Positions 29,763-37,717 of a DNA stretch of 64,000 nt are shown here, in pieces. The stretch lies in the IMG/VR virus record IMGVR_UViG_3300025598_000021, one strand, 5' to 3'. The translations under genes and the position numbers were made by a program. Each line of letters opens with the position of its first letter. The stretch's first letter is position 1. This DNA comes from a virus. The notes beneath the pieces were generated by a model. It had not been told where the DNA came from and did not search any database. It worked only from the letters and a program-made list of their open reading frames with translations.

Positions 29763-30419
29763 ATGCAGATAAGTGTTAATACAATAAACGTATTAAAGAA
29801 TTTCTCATCTATCAATCCTTCAATTATCATCAACGAAGGTAACGTTATTGAGACTATCTCTAATATGAAGACAGTCAAGGCAAAGGCGAAGGTCGATACG
29901 ACCTTCCCACGCCGCTTTGCGATGTATAACCTCAATAAGCTGATCTCTATTCTCAGCCTATATGACAACGCAGACGTGCGATTTGAAGATAACAATCTAG
30001 TTATCTCAGACGGTGATAATAAGATCACCAACTTGACATACTCTGACGAGTCTACTATCATCAAACCACCAAAGACGATCAATCTACCAAGCGTAGATGT
30101 TTCAGTGTCTGTGACCAATGAAAATATCAAGGACGTCGAGAAGGCTCTTGGAGTCCTATCAGTTCGTAATATTATAATCTCAGGTGATGGTGAGTTCGTA
30201 TATCTCCAGGCCGCTGACGGTGGTAACCCATCTGGCGATGTTTATTCCATCAAGCTTGGTATGTCAGAAAAGAAGTTCAAGGCCGTGTTTAAGGCTGAGA
30301 ACATTAAAGTACTTCCTGGTAACTACACGATTGAAATTAGTTCTAAAGGAATTTCAAGGTTCTACAACGACGACGTCGAATACTTCATCGCCGTTGAGTC
30401 TGAGCTTTCGAAATTCTAA
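29763..30419 (+). CDS. gp45: Sliding clamp gp45
   Basis: LKNFSSINPSI, ENIKVLPGNY, YFIAVE; synteny with gp44/62. Confidence 0.93.
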   Translation: MQISVNTINVLKNFSSINPSIIINEGNVIETISNMKTVKAKAKVDTTFPRRFAMYNLNKLISILSLYDNADVRFEDNNLVISDGDNKITNLTYSDESTIIKPPKTINLPSVDVSVSVTNENIKDVEKALGVLSVRNIIISGDGEFVYLQAADGGNPSGDVYSIKLGMSEKKFKAVFKAENIKVLPGNYTIEISSKGISRFYNDDVEYFIAVESELSKF

Positions 30420-30425
30420 CTTGAA

Positions 30426-30453
30426 GGGGGACCCAGTGTCCCCCACTTTTTTT
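30426..30453 (+). terminator. Intrinsic terminator between gp45 and gp44
   Basis: GGGGGAC-CCAGT-GTCCCCC followed by ACTTTTTTT. Confidence 0.85.
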
Positions 30454-30469
30454 ATTATGATGAGGTGTT

Positions 30470-31411
30470 ATGATGAATGAACAGTTCTTGTGGGTCGAGA
30501 AGTATCGTCCAAAGACTATTGAAGAGACAGTTCTACCGTGTGACTTAAAATCAGTATTTCAACAGTTCGTCGATCAAAAGAGTATTCCGAATTTGATATT
30601 GACCGGCAGCGCCGGTGTCGGAAAGACGACCGTAGCTAAAGCAATGCTCGAAGAGCTGGAATGTGACTATATCGTAATCAATGGATCTATGAATGGCAAT
30701 ATCGATACCCTACGAAACGAAATCCACAATTTTGCATCAGCCGTCTCATTATCGGGTGGACGCAAATACGTTATCCTTGATGAGGCAGACTACCTTAATG
30801 CCAACAGCACTCAACCTGCACTTCGCAACTTCATGGAAGAATTTTCCAGAAACTGTGGATTTATTCTCACATGTAACTTCAAAAATAGAATTATCGAACC
30901 GTTACATTCTCGGTGCTCTGTCATAGATTTTAAGATCAACAAGAAAGCGACAGCGAAGCTAGCAGCTCAGTTCTTTAAGCGCTGCTGCACAATACTCGAA
31001 CAGGAAGGAATAACATATGACAAAGCGGTCGTTGCAGAAGTTATCAACAAACATTTTCCAGACTGGCGCCGGGTACTTAACGAGCTGCAAAGATATTCTG
31101 CTACTGGCAGCATTGATTCTGGTATTCTTGCCAATCTTAAAGAGACTTCCATCAAGCAGCTCATTGAGCTTCTAAAGGATAAAAACTTCACAGAGGTTCG
31201 TAAGTGGGTCGTAGAGAATCTAGACTACAACGTCAATGAGCTTTTTCGTAAGTTGTATGACACGTCTTCAGAATATCTAAAGCCAAACGAGGTTCCTGCA
31301 TTTATCCTTCTTATCAGCCGGTATCAGTATCAGGCCGCGTTTGTCGCAGATCAAGAGATCAACCTGATGGCGTTCTTCGCTCAGGTGATGCTTGAAGGAT
31401 TCTACGCATGA
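30470..31411 (+). CDS. gp44: Clamp loader large subunit gp44
   Basis: LWVEKYRP, GSAGVGKTT, ILDEAD, PLHSRC. Confidence 0.96.
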   Translation: MMNEQFLWVEKYRPKTIEETVLPCDLKSVFQQFVDQKSIPNLILTGSAGVGKTTVAKAMLEELECDYIVINGSMNGNIDTLRNEIHNFASAVSLSGGRKYVILDEADYLNANSTQPALRNFMEEFSRNCGFILTCNFKNRIIEPLHSRCSVIDFKINKKATAKLAAQFFKRCCTILEQEGITYDKAVVAEVINKHFPDWRRVLNELQRYSATGSIDSGILANLKETSIKQLIELLKDKNFTEVRKWVVENLDYNVNELFRKLYDTSSEYLKPNEVPAFILLISRYQYQAAFVADQEINLMAFFAQVMLEGFYA

Positions 31412-31770
31412 ACCCGTTCGACATAATTAACGATATATCATACGCTAAGAGATACATACTAGAAGATGATAAAGATTATATACCATATATAGTCAATAAC
31501 CACTTCTCATACTTTGGTGATTCCATATTCTTTGCAAACCAGATGAATATGAAATCAAATCTTGATAAGAGGCTGCAGCACGATTACTACTTTCACTCGC
31601 TCCGTAAGAGTAAGAGAAAGACAAAGTGGGCAAAGAAAGAAAAGTCTGATATCTTAGAGTGTGTGCAGAAATACTATAACTATGGACCTGATCAGGCCAA
31701 AGAGGCAATTAGGCTGTTAACTAAGAAACAGATAGACTATATTGTAGACAAAGTAACTCCAAAGGATTAA
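31408..31770 (+). CDS. gp62: Clamp loader small subunit gp62
   Basis: MNPFD, YIPYIVN, FANQMN; synteny. Confidence 0.9.
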   Translation: MNPFDIINDISYAKRYILEDDKDYIPYIVNNHFSYFGDSIFFANQMNMKSNLDKRLQHDYYFHSLRKSKRKTKWAKKEKSDILECVQKYYNYGPDQAKEAIRLLTKKQIDYIVDKVTPKD

Positions 31771-31781
31771 TTCTTATGAAT

Positions 31782-31789
31782 TATAAATA
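31782..31789 (+). promoter_or_regulatory. Late promoter before regA
   Basis: TATAAATA. Confidence 0.7.
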
Positions 31790-31821
31790 ATCAGTGCATA
31801 ATAATAAGAAAAGGTTTAACT

Positions 31822-32226
31822 ATGAACAATATTTTAGAATCTCTAGTAGAGGTAAAGATCGATGGAGAAGAGTCCTTCTTAAAGATCAAAGAGACCCTCA
31901 CTAGAATTGGCGTGGCTTCTCGGAAAGAGAATAAACTCTATCAATCTTGCCATATCTTCCATAAACAAGGACACTATTACATAGTACACTTTAAGGAAAT
32001 GTTTATCATCGACGGAAAGCCGTCAAACTTCTCAGAAGAAGATATGGGTCGTAGAAATAAGATCGCAGAACTACTTCAGGACTGGGGCCTATTAACGGTG
32101 CTAGACGAAGAAAAGATCAAGTCTCCACTGGCTCCTATGAATCAGATTAAAGTATTAAACTATAAAGAAAAGAATGAATGGACTCTAGAAGCTAAGTATC
32201 AAATAGGTCGTAAACGAGTGAACTAA
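31822..32226 (+). CDS. regA: Translational repressor RegA
   Basis: FLKIKETLTRIGVAS, LYQSCHI, YYIVHFKE, RRNKIAELLQDWGL. Confidence 0.96.
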   Translation: MNNILESLVEVKIDGEESFLKIKETLTRIGVASRKENKLYQSCHIFHKQGHYYIVHFKEMFIIDGKPSNFSEEDMGRRNKIAELLQDWGLLTVLDEEKIKSPLAPMNQIKVLNYKEKNEWTLEAKYQIGRKRVN

Positions 32227-32241
32227 TGGAGAAACTATATT

Positions 32242-32604
32242 ATGTTTGGATTTACAGTGAAGAAGAAAGTAGAGACTCCTGCGGAGCAGAAGCTCGAAGA
32301 AATTAAGAATATCCTGTTTCCACCTTCTGAGACAAAAGAAGTACCAGATAAAGAATCAGGTGAGATGTTGAAGTATCAGGTGGACTACACCATCGATATG
32401 AATCTAGATTCAGCCTTGTATGATATCAGAGAGGGTTACGCAGACGCCCCGGTTCAGAATACTATCCAAGACGCGATAGACAGACTAATTAAGATTAGAA
32501 AGATTCTTGAAGCCGATATGGAGCTAGACCCAGAAGCCAACTACATCATAGTAGACAACAAGTACCAAGAACACGATATCCAAGCCTCGGAAGATAATAG
32601 TTGA
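32242..32604 (+). CDS. Hypothetical protein
   Basis: GGAG RBS; clean ORF. Confidence 0.7.
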   Translation: MFGFTVKKKVETPAEQKLEEIKNILFPPSETKEVPDKESGEMLKYQVDYTIDMNLDSALYDIREGYADAPVQNTIQDAIDRLIKIRKILEADMELDPEANYIIVDNKYQEHDIQASEDNS

Positions 32605-32641
32605 CAAAATCTATAGATATGGTATAATATATCTATAGATT
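32601..32641 (+). promoter_or_regulatory. sigma70 promoter whose -10 box is enclosed by a 13-bp inverted repeat
   Basis: TTGACA-N16-TATAAT; AATCTATAGATAT (32608-32620) and ATATCTATAGATT (32629-32641). Confidence 0.7.
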
Positions 32642-32651
32642 GGAGATCGAC

Positions 32652-33068
32652 ATGTCTATGCACCTCTTAGGTCCTTGGTATACCACCACAAATACTAAGA
32701 AACGCGGCAAGAAATCTAACACGTCTAAAGCTCTAGTATCTAAGCACGACCAGTGGCTTCTTAAGAACGGCGTGCACCCAGAGCAAATCAAATTAAAAAA
32801 ATCAGTTGACAAGAACTGGAAAACAGATTATAATGAATCTATGAAGGTTGATCGTAGCGGTTATGTTTCCGCAGGTCTGTCAGGTTCTAAGTCTGCCTGC
32901 GCCAAGCGTGGCGTTATGGCCAACCTTCATAAAGAAAAGCCTGAAGTCAGAGAGGCTATATTAGAGAAAGCGTCACGCGTGATGCCGCTCTATAACAAAG
33001 GTGGTTTGCAGCTACTATCACCTTCTGACGATCTAACTAAAATTGGTACCCTATCTCGTAGGGGTTGA
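32652..33068 (+). CDS. Hypothetical basic protein
   Basis: ATG at 32652 with GGAG RBS; C-terminal PLYNKGGLQ. Confidence 0.7.
   Translation: MSMHLLGPWYTTTNTKKRGKKSNTSKALVSKHDQWLLKNGVHPEQIKLKKSVDKNWKTDYNESMKVDRSGYVSAGLSGSKSACAKRGVMANLHKEKPEVREAILEKASRVMPLYNKGGLQLLSPSDDLTKIGTLSRRG
32806..32834 (+). promoter_or_regulatory. Consensus sigma70 promoter inside a CDS
   Basis: TTGACA-N17-TATAAT. Confidence 0.7.
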
Positions 33069-33087
33069 ATATAAGATGGAGAAATGA

Positions 33088-33342
33088 ATGACGACTAAGA
33101 CTAATGCACTAGTTAATGCACTCAAGAATGGTGAAGAACTTACTTCGGCTCAGATTCGTTCGCGCTTTGGTATCGCTAACGTAACTGCGGCTATTCACTA
33201 TATTCGTTCGAACCTAGGTTACGCCGTGTATCTAAACGAACGCAAGAACTCAAAGGGTGAGACGCTTACTAAGTATCGCATTGGTACGCCTTCACGCAAG
33301 GTCGTTGCGGCTGGTTATCGCGCTCTGACTGCTGGTTTCTAA
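33088..33342 (+). CDS. Small winged-HTH DNA-binding protein
   Basis: LKNGEELTSAQIRSRFGIAN..YRIGTPSR; basic; followed by a hairpin. Confidence 0.7.
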   Translation: MTTKTNALVNALKNGEELTSAQIRSRFGIANVTAAIHYIRSNLGYAVYLNERKNSKGETLTKYRIGTPSRKVVAAGYRALTAGF

Positions 33343-33353
33343 TAATATATATA

Positions 33354-33379
33354 GTTGAGGCAGCTTCGGTTGCCTCAAC
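33354..33379 (+). terminator. Stable UUCG hairpin, probable terminator
   Basis: GTTGAGGCAGC-TTCG-GTTGCCTCAAC; weak U tract. Confidence 0.7.
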
Positions 33380-33408
33380 ATACTTTAAATATTTTTTAAG
33401 AGATTATT

Positions 33409-33603
33409 ATGGGTTGGCCTACAAGGTATAGATGTAGAAAATGCACGAGATCTACTAGCAACTATCCAATATTTTGTGATAAAAAAGATTGCCCAGTAAA
33501 GCATGATTGGCTGCAAGATAATGTGTTTGGTTTGGTATTGTCAATTGTTTTGATAATCGGTTGGTTTGCTTTTTGGGGCTACGCCATGTTTGGCTCTAGA
33601 TAG
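33409..33603 (+). CDS. Small Cys-rich membrane protein
   Basis: CxxC..CxxxxC followed by one hydrophobic helix. Confidence 0.55.
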   Translation: MGWPTRYRCRKCTRSTSNYPIFCDKKDCPVKHDWLQDNVFGLVLSIVLIIGWFAFWGYAMFGSR

Positions 33604-33616
33604 CATGTTAGTTTAT

Positions 33617-33692
33617 TTCCCGATAGCTCAGTTGGTAGAGTAGGTGACTGTTAATCACTTGGTCCTTGGTTCGAGTCCAAGTCGGGGAGCCA
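33617..33692 (+). tRNA. tRNA-Asn(GTT)
   Basis: 76-nt cloverleaf; anticodon loop CTGTTAA; TTCGA T-loop; encoded CCA. Confidence 0.95.
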
Positions 33693-33704
33693 CTAAAAGA
33701 GTAA

Positions 33705-33732
33705 TTTACTTTTACTCAAGATGTTGTATAAT
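33705..33732 (+). promoter_or_regulatory. sigma70-type promoter
   Basis: TTTACT-N16-TATAAT. Confidence 0.55.
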
Positions 33733-33797
33733 AAGGTTAGTCGCTCAATAGACTCGCGTGAGTCCATGGTTAGCTCACAATTAACTGGAGAAAGACT

Positions 33798-34100
33798 ATG
33801 AAAAAGAAAGTTATCGCACTACTCACAGTCATTGGTATCTCAATCGCGGCGATCTCACCAGCTAGTGCTTGGTATCGCGGAGGCTGGGGTGGTGGCTACT
33901 ATGGCGGATACGGCTATGGCGGTTACGGTGCCGCACTAGGTATCGGCGCTGGTGCCGCACTGCTAGGTGGTATTATCGGCGGCGCGATCGCTAACGGTGG
34001 TGGCTACTATGGTGGTTACTATCCTTATGGCGGCAGTTACTACGGTCCTTATGGCCGTCCTATCTATGGTTATCCTTATGGTGGCTACTACGGGTGGTAA
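33798..34100 (+). CDS. Secreted Gly/Tyr-rich protein (glycine zipper)
   Basis: Signal peptide ending ASA; GGYY repeats; GAGAALLGGIIGGAI. Confidence 0.8.
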   Translation: MKKKVIALLTVIGISIAAISPASAWYRGGWGGGYYGGYGYGGYGAALGIGAGAALLGGIIGGAIANGGGYYGGYYPYGGSYYGPYGRPIYGYPYGGYYGW

Positions 34101-34101
34101 G

Positions 34102-34446
34102 ATGAAAAAGTTATTCTTGACTGCGTTCTCTATTCTAGCTCTGACCTCTGCGGCTAGCGCTAATGGAGATCTAATGATCGATCCAGATATTGGTCAATAC
34201 AACTACATCGACAATCGTCGAGTCGTAGAGCGTAAGACTATAGTTAAGAATAGGACAATCGTAAAACAAGTGCCGGTACCAGTTCCAGTACCACAACCTT
34301 ATCCAGTTCCGGCACCAGTCGTCGCAGTACCAGCATCAGCGATGCCAGGATATATTCCACGTTGTCGCATGCAGAGGGCGCAGCCTCTAGTAGATCCTGT
34401 GTATGGTACTGTAGTAGACTATATGTATGTAAGAGTTTGTTTTTAA
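34102..34446 (+). CDS. Secreted Pro/Val-rich protein
   Basis: True start MKKLFLTAFSILALTSAASA; PVPVPVP stretch; C-terminal C..RVCF. Confidence 0.75.
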   Translation: MKKLFLTAFSILALTSAASANGDLMIDPDIGQYNYIDNRRVVERKTIVKNRTIVKQVPVPVPVPQPYPVPAPVVAVPASAMPGYIPRCRMQRAQPLVDPVYGTVVDYMYVRVCF

Positions 34447-34452
34447 GAGTAA

Positions 34453-34528
34453 GCTGCTGTAGCTCAGCTGGCAGAGCAAGGCATTAGTAATGCCTAGGTC
34501 GGGAGTTCGAATCTCTCCAGCAGCACCA
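34453..34528 (+). tRNA. tRNA-Thr(AGT) with A34 anticodon
   Basis: Acceptor GCTGCTG/CAGCAGC, discriminator A, CCA; anticodon arm AGGCA-TTAGTAA-TGCCT; TTCGAAT T-loop. Confidence 0.93.
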
Positions 34529-34546
34529 CTCCTCAAAGGATATATC

Positions 34547-34663
34547 ATGAATGAAGATCTTCTACGCAGGCAGGCAATATTTCGAATGGTCGTGTTCGTT
34601 CTTTTAATGATGACGATTGGTTTTATCGCCGGTGATTTAAACATGCTAGATGGTGGTAATTAA
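34547..34663 (+). CDS. Small membrane peptide (38 aa, absent from the ORF track)
   Basis: AAGGA RBS; MNEDLLRRQAIFRMVVFVLLMMTIGFIAGDLNMLDGGN; TAATG overlap with next gene. Confidence 0.6.
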   Translation: MNEDLLRRQAIFRMVVFVLLMMTIGFIAGDLNMLDGGN

Positions 34664-35454
34664 TGGCGCAGCTGCTGATGTGCAGTCCGGACCTATTTGG
34701 TGTGGACTATGTGATTAACCCATGGATGGAAGATCAAATCGGAAACGTAAATTCTGATAAGGCCTTGTCACAGTGGACAGATCTATATAATGCACTCAGC
34801 AGGGTCGCCGTCGTTAGACTCATAGATCCGGTACCGGGTCTACCGGACATGGTGTTCACCGCCAACGCCGGTCTAGTAGTGAACAACAAGTTTTTTCTCT
34901 CTAGATTTGCGCACAGCCAGAGACAGAAAGAAGAGAAGTATTTTAGAGAATGGTTCCTGAAGAACGGCTGGAACGTAATAGAGCAGGGCAAACACAACTT
35001 CGAGGGTGAGGGAGACTGTCTAAGAGACAAAGAATATCCTTATCAATATATCTCACACGGCTTCAGAACTCGTCAAGAGTTTCACGGCGTGCTTAGTTCT
35101 TTTGATATAGACAACATGCCTCTAAAGCTAGTGGACCCGCGTTTCTATCATCTAGACACGTGTTTCTGCCCGCTGAATAACGGCGAAGTGCTGTATTATC
35201 CAGAAGCCTTCGATGAGAATAGCAGAAAATTTATCACGAATAACTTTGATACTGCTGTAGATGTCACTGAAGAAGAGGCATTGACTTTCTGCTGCAACGC
35301 GGTAGTAGTCGGTGAAAACATATTCATGCCTAAGTGTAAGCCTGTAGCAAATATACTAAGAAACACGCTGAACTATACCGTCCATGAGTTTGACATGTCA
35401 GAATTCATGAAGTCTGGCGGCGCATGTAAGTGCCTGGTACTGCATCTGGACTAA
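34663..35454 (+). CDS. Pentein-family guanidino hydrolase (DDAH/amidinotransferase; arginine dihydrolase-like)
   Basis: VDYVINPWM, PDMVFTANAG, FEGEGD, FYHLDTCFCPL, KSGGACKCL. Confidence 0.9.
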   Translation: MAQLLMCSPDLFGVDYVINPWMEDQIGNVNSDKALSQWTDLYNALSRVAVVRLIDPVPGLPDMVFTANAGLVVNNKFFLSRFAHSQRQKEEKYFREWFLKNGWNVIEQGKHNFEGEGDCLRDKEYPYQYISHGFRTRQEFHGVLSSFDIDNMPLKLVDPRFYHLDTCFCPLNNGEVLYYPEAFDENSRKFITNNFDTAVDVTEEEALTFCCNAVVVGENIFMPKCKPVANILRNTLNYTVHEFDMSEFMKSGGACKCLVLHLD

Positions 35455-35891
35455 TGATTACTTCCAAAGATAAGAAGCATATGGCCTTCGTAAGAAGACT
35501 AGCCATAGATAACGTCGACTCGCAGACTAGAGCAAAACTCGCTGCGTGCATAGTCGTTCGTAACGATATAATATCTATTGGCCAGAATTCTTATAAGTCT
35601 CACCCACTCCAGAAGAGATTCTCAAAGCACATAGAGTCTATATTTAAGCACGCGGAGGTAGACTGTATTATCAACGCTCTTAGACATGTCGATGCCGATA
35701 AGTTGTGTAAAGCTACTCTTTACGTTTATAGAGTTAAAAGACGTTCAAAAGACTCGATTGACTGGGTAGATGGTTACTCTGAGCCGTGTCCCGGCTGTAA
35801 GCAGGCCATAAGTCATTTTAAAATTAAAAAAGTAATATTTTCTACCGACGAGGATAGAAAATTTATTAGTATAAATAGCATATCCACGTGA
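35454..35891 (+). CDS. Zn-dependent nucleoside/nucleic-acid deaminase (CDA/TadA superfamily)
   Basis: HAE and PCPGC zinc motifs, IISIGQN; TAATG-coupled to the upstream gene. Confidence 0.85.
   Translation: MITSKDKKHMAFVRRLAIDNVDSQTRAKLAACIVVRNDIISIGQNSYKSHPLQKRFSKHIESIFKHAEVDCIINALRHVDADKLCKATLYVYRVKRRSKDSIDWVDGYSEPCPGCKQAISHFKIKKVIFSTDEDRKFISINSIST
35870..35877 (+). promoter_or_regulatory. Late promoter
   Basis: TATAAATA upstream of the holin-like gene. Confidence 0.7.
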
Positions 35892-35921
35892 AGTGGTTTT
35901 ATCATCTAAGGAGATAATATT

Positions 35922-36155
35922 ATGTTAAATGGTTATAAGACATATATTGTTGCCACACTAATCGCAGTTTTTGGTGTTCTTGCACAGTATGACTGGAATG
36001 GTTTTCTTAACGATCCAAAAGCCGGTTGGGTAGCTCTTGCGTCTGCCGTGATCATGGCAATCATGAGATCGATCACTCAGATCACCACTGTCAAAGAAGC
36101 GTTATATACCGACCCACCAAAGCCAAATCCAAAACCAGTTATAAAAAAGAAATAA
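35922..36155 (+). CDS. Two-TM membrane protein, holin-like
   Basis: MLNGYKTYI start, two hydrophobic helices, basic C-terminus, late promoter. Confidence 0.55.
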   Translation: MLNGYKTYIVATLIAVFGVLAQYDWNGFLNDPKAGWVALASAVIMAIMRSITQITTVKEALYTDPPKPNPKPVIKKK

Positions 36156-36509
36156 ATGACCCAATATATTGTAAACAATCTATCGGAGCATAAAGGTGCT
36201 CTTCATATTCCATCTGGCTCAGTAACAATGAGCCAGATCATTCAGGCGTTAGAACTTGTAAAAGATATTGATTGGTCTAGTTTAGTAAAAATAATCGAAA
36301 ATAAAGACGAACAGCTGGCTGTATTAACTACGGCAGAAGATGTAGCGAAGATTATCGCTCCATTTGTACCACAAGCCGCTTTAGCGGTTGGTGTTATAGA
36401 ATTTCTAATATTTTTATCTAAACACACGCATCCCGCTCAACCATACGATGTTCCTGGATATCATTGGGATATGCTATATGGTTGGGTTCCAAATAATCAA
36501 GGAGAATGA
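36156..36509 (+). CDS. Hypothetical protein with hydrophobic segment
   Basis: Abuts upstream stop codon. Confidence 0.6.
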   Translation: MTQYIVNNLSEHKGALHIPSGSVTMSQIIQALELVKDIDWSSLVKIIENKDEQLAVLTTAEDVAKIIAPFVPQAALAVGVIEFLIFLSKHTHPAQPYDVPGYHWDMLYGWVPNNQGE

Positions 36510-36510
36510 G

Positions 36511-36855
36511 ATGAGAAAATATATTGCACTACTAACAGCAGGTGCTTTAGGACTGGCAGTTGCTGGTTGTAATGCGCCCTCAACCGGCACAGTCATATCA
36601 ACGACCACAACTGTCGTTAATGACGTCGCCGCTGTCACAAAGACTGCTTGTGGATTTGTTCCTGCTGCAACTACGATCGCTCAAGTTCTAAATGCATCTT
36701 CAACAGTTCTAACTGCAGCTCAAATTGCACAGATAATCTGCCAGGCTGTTAATGCCACTCCAACTACCACGAAAGCAGCAAGTAAAGCAATTAGTCCTAT
36801 TCTACTAGAAGTAGATGGTAGAGTTGTTGTCGTGAATGGTTATTTCACAAAATAA
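36511..36855 (+). CDS. Lipoprotein
   Basis: MRKYIALLTAGALGLAVAGC lipobox; AAGGAG RBS. Confidence 0.75.
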   Translation: MRKYIALLTAGALGLAVAGCNAPSTGTVISTTTTVVNDVAAVTKTACGFVPAATTIAQVLNASSTVLTAAQIAQIICQAVNATPTTTKAASKAISPILLEVDGRVVVVNGYFTK

Positions 36856-36861
36856 TTTTTA

Positions 36862-36923
36862 TATAAATAGTATTAACAAGGCCGACTCCTCTGATCAAAA
36901 GATCAAGAGTCGGTTTTCTTTTT
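36862..36923 (+). terminator. Late promoter followed by a terminator-like hairpin
   Basis: TATAAATA at 36862-36869; CCGACTC..TGATC-AAAA-GATCA..GAGTCGG followed by TTTTCTTTTT. Confidence 0.65.
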
Positions 36924-36924
36924 G

Positions 36925-37000
36925 TATAAATAGTAGGCAGCGTGCGCCTTAAACTTGTCTCTGTTGAATAGATTATGCTCATTCAACAGAGAAAGGGAAG
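36925..37000 (+). promoter_or_regulatory. Late promoter and structured leader of the ATE-like gene
   Basis: TATAAATA at 36925-36932; 12-bp stem TCTCTGTTGAAT/ATTCAACAGAGA (36958-36992) abutting the RBS. Confidence 0.6.
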
Positions 37001-37717
37001 ATGAAAACTAAGATAAGCCATTTCTTCGGCAATCAAGAAGATCTAGACTTACAGATTATCAAACTATCGCTTGACCTAGAAACATCAAAAGAATCAGAAG
37101 CCCTTGATAAAGGCTGGCTGGTGTATGATAATGTATGGTATACTTGCAGATCGTCTAGAATAAATGTCGATGAATATATAAATCAGATTAATTCTTCTAG
37201 TTCAAAGAAGAAAGTAAAGAATTACTCTTTTGAATATAAAGATAAGTTTATAATAGATGATTCTGTTCTAAAAGTATATAATAGGTTTTTAGAGATTAAG
37301 AAGTTTAAAAAGTTCTATCCATTAGAAACAGATATGGAAAGAAGTTCTGGGGTATTCGTATATAATAAAGATAAAGAACTAGTGGCATACACCAAGATGG
37401 TAAAGTATGACGGTGGTATCGAGAGTCAATTTACTGTATGGGATTATTCTGAGCCAAAAGCTTCTATAGGCAAATATCTAGTAGACTATGAGATAGAAGC
37501 AACTAGAGCGCTTGGGCATAAATATCTTTATATCGGGCCGGTATATGGAATGAACTCTATCTATAAAATGAACTTTAGCGGGTTCGAATGGTGGGATGGA
37601 GAGAACTGGTCAAAAGATGAGCATGAGTTGTTTAGTATTTTAGAAAGAGATTCTAACATTAATACATTAGAAGAGTTGAGTAATGCATTCATTCAAGATT
37701 CACAAGTATGTAAATGA
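37001..37717 (+). CDS. Aminoacyl-tRNA-protein transferase (ATE1/Bpt family)
   Basis: LDKGW..RSSRI, ELVAY, WDYSEPKASIGKY..EIE..GHKYLYIG..YKMNF. Confidence 0.75.
   Translation: MKTKISHFFGNQEDLDLQIIKLSLDLETSKESEALDKGWLVYDNVWYTCRSSRINVDEYINQINSSSSKKKVKNYSFEYKDKFIIDDSVLKVYNRFLEIKKFKKFYPLETDMERSSGVFVYNKDKELVAYTKMVKYDGGIESQFTVWDYSEPKASIGKYLVDYEIEATRALGHKYLYIGPVYGMNSIYKMNFSGFEWWDGENWSKDEHELFSILERDSNINTLEELSNAFIQDSQVCK

Noticed and set aside
33967-34101. N-terminal extension of track ORF 33967-34446
   Set aside because: It overlaps the Gly/Tyr-rich gene in another frame; the signal peptide begins at ATG 34102.
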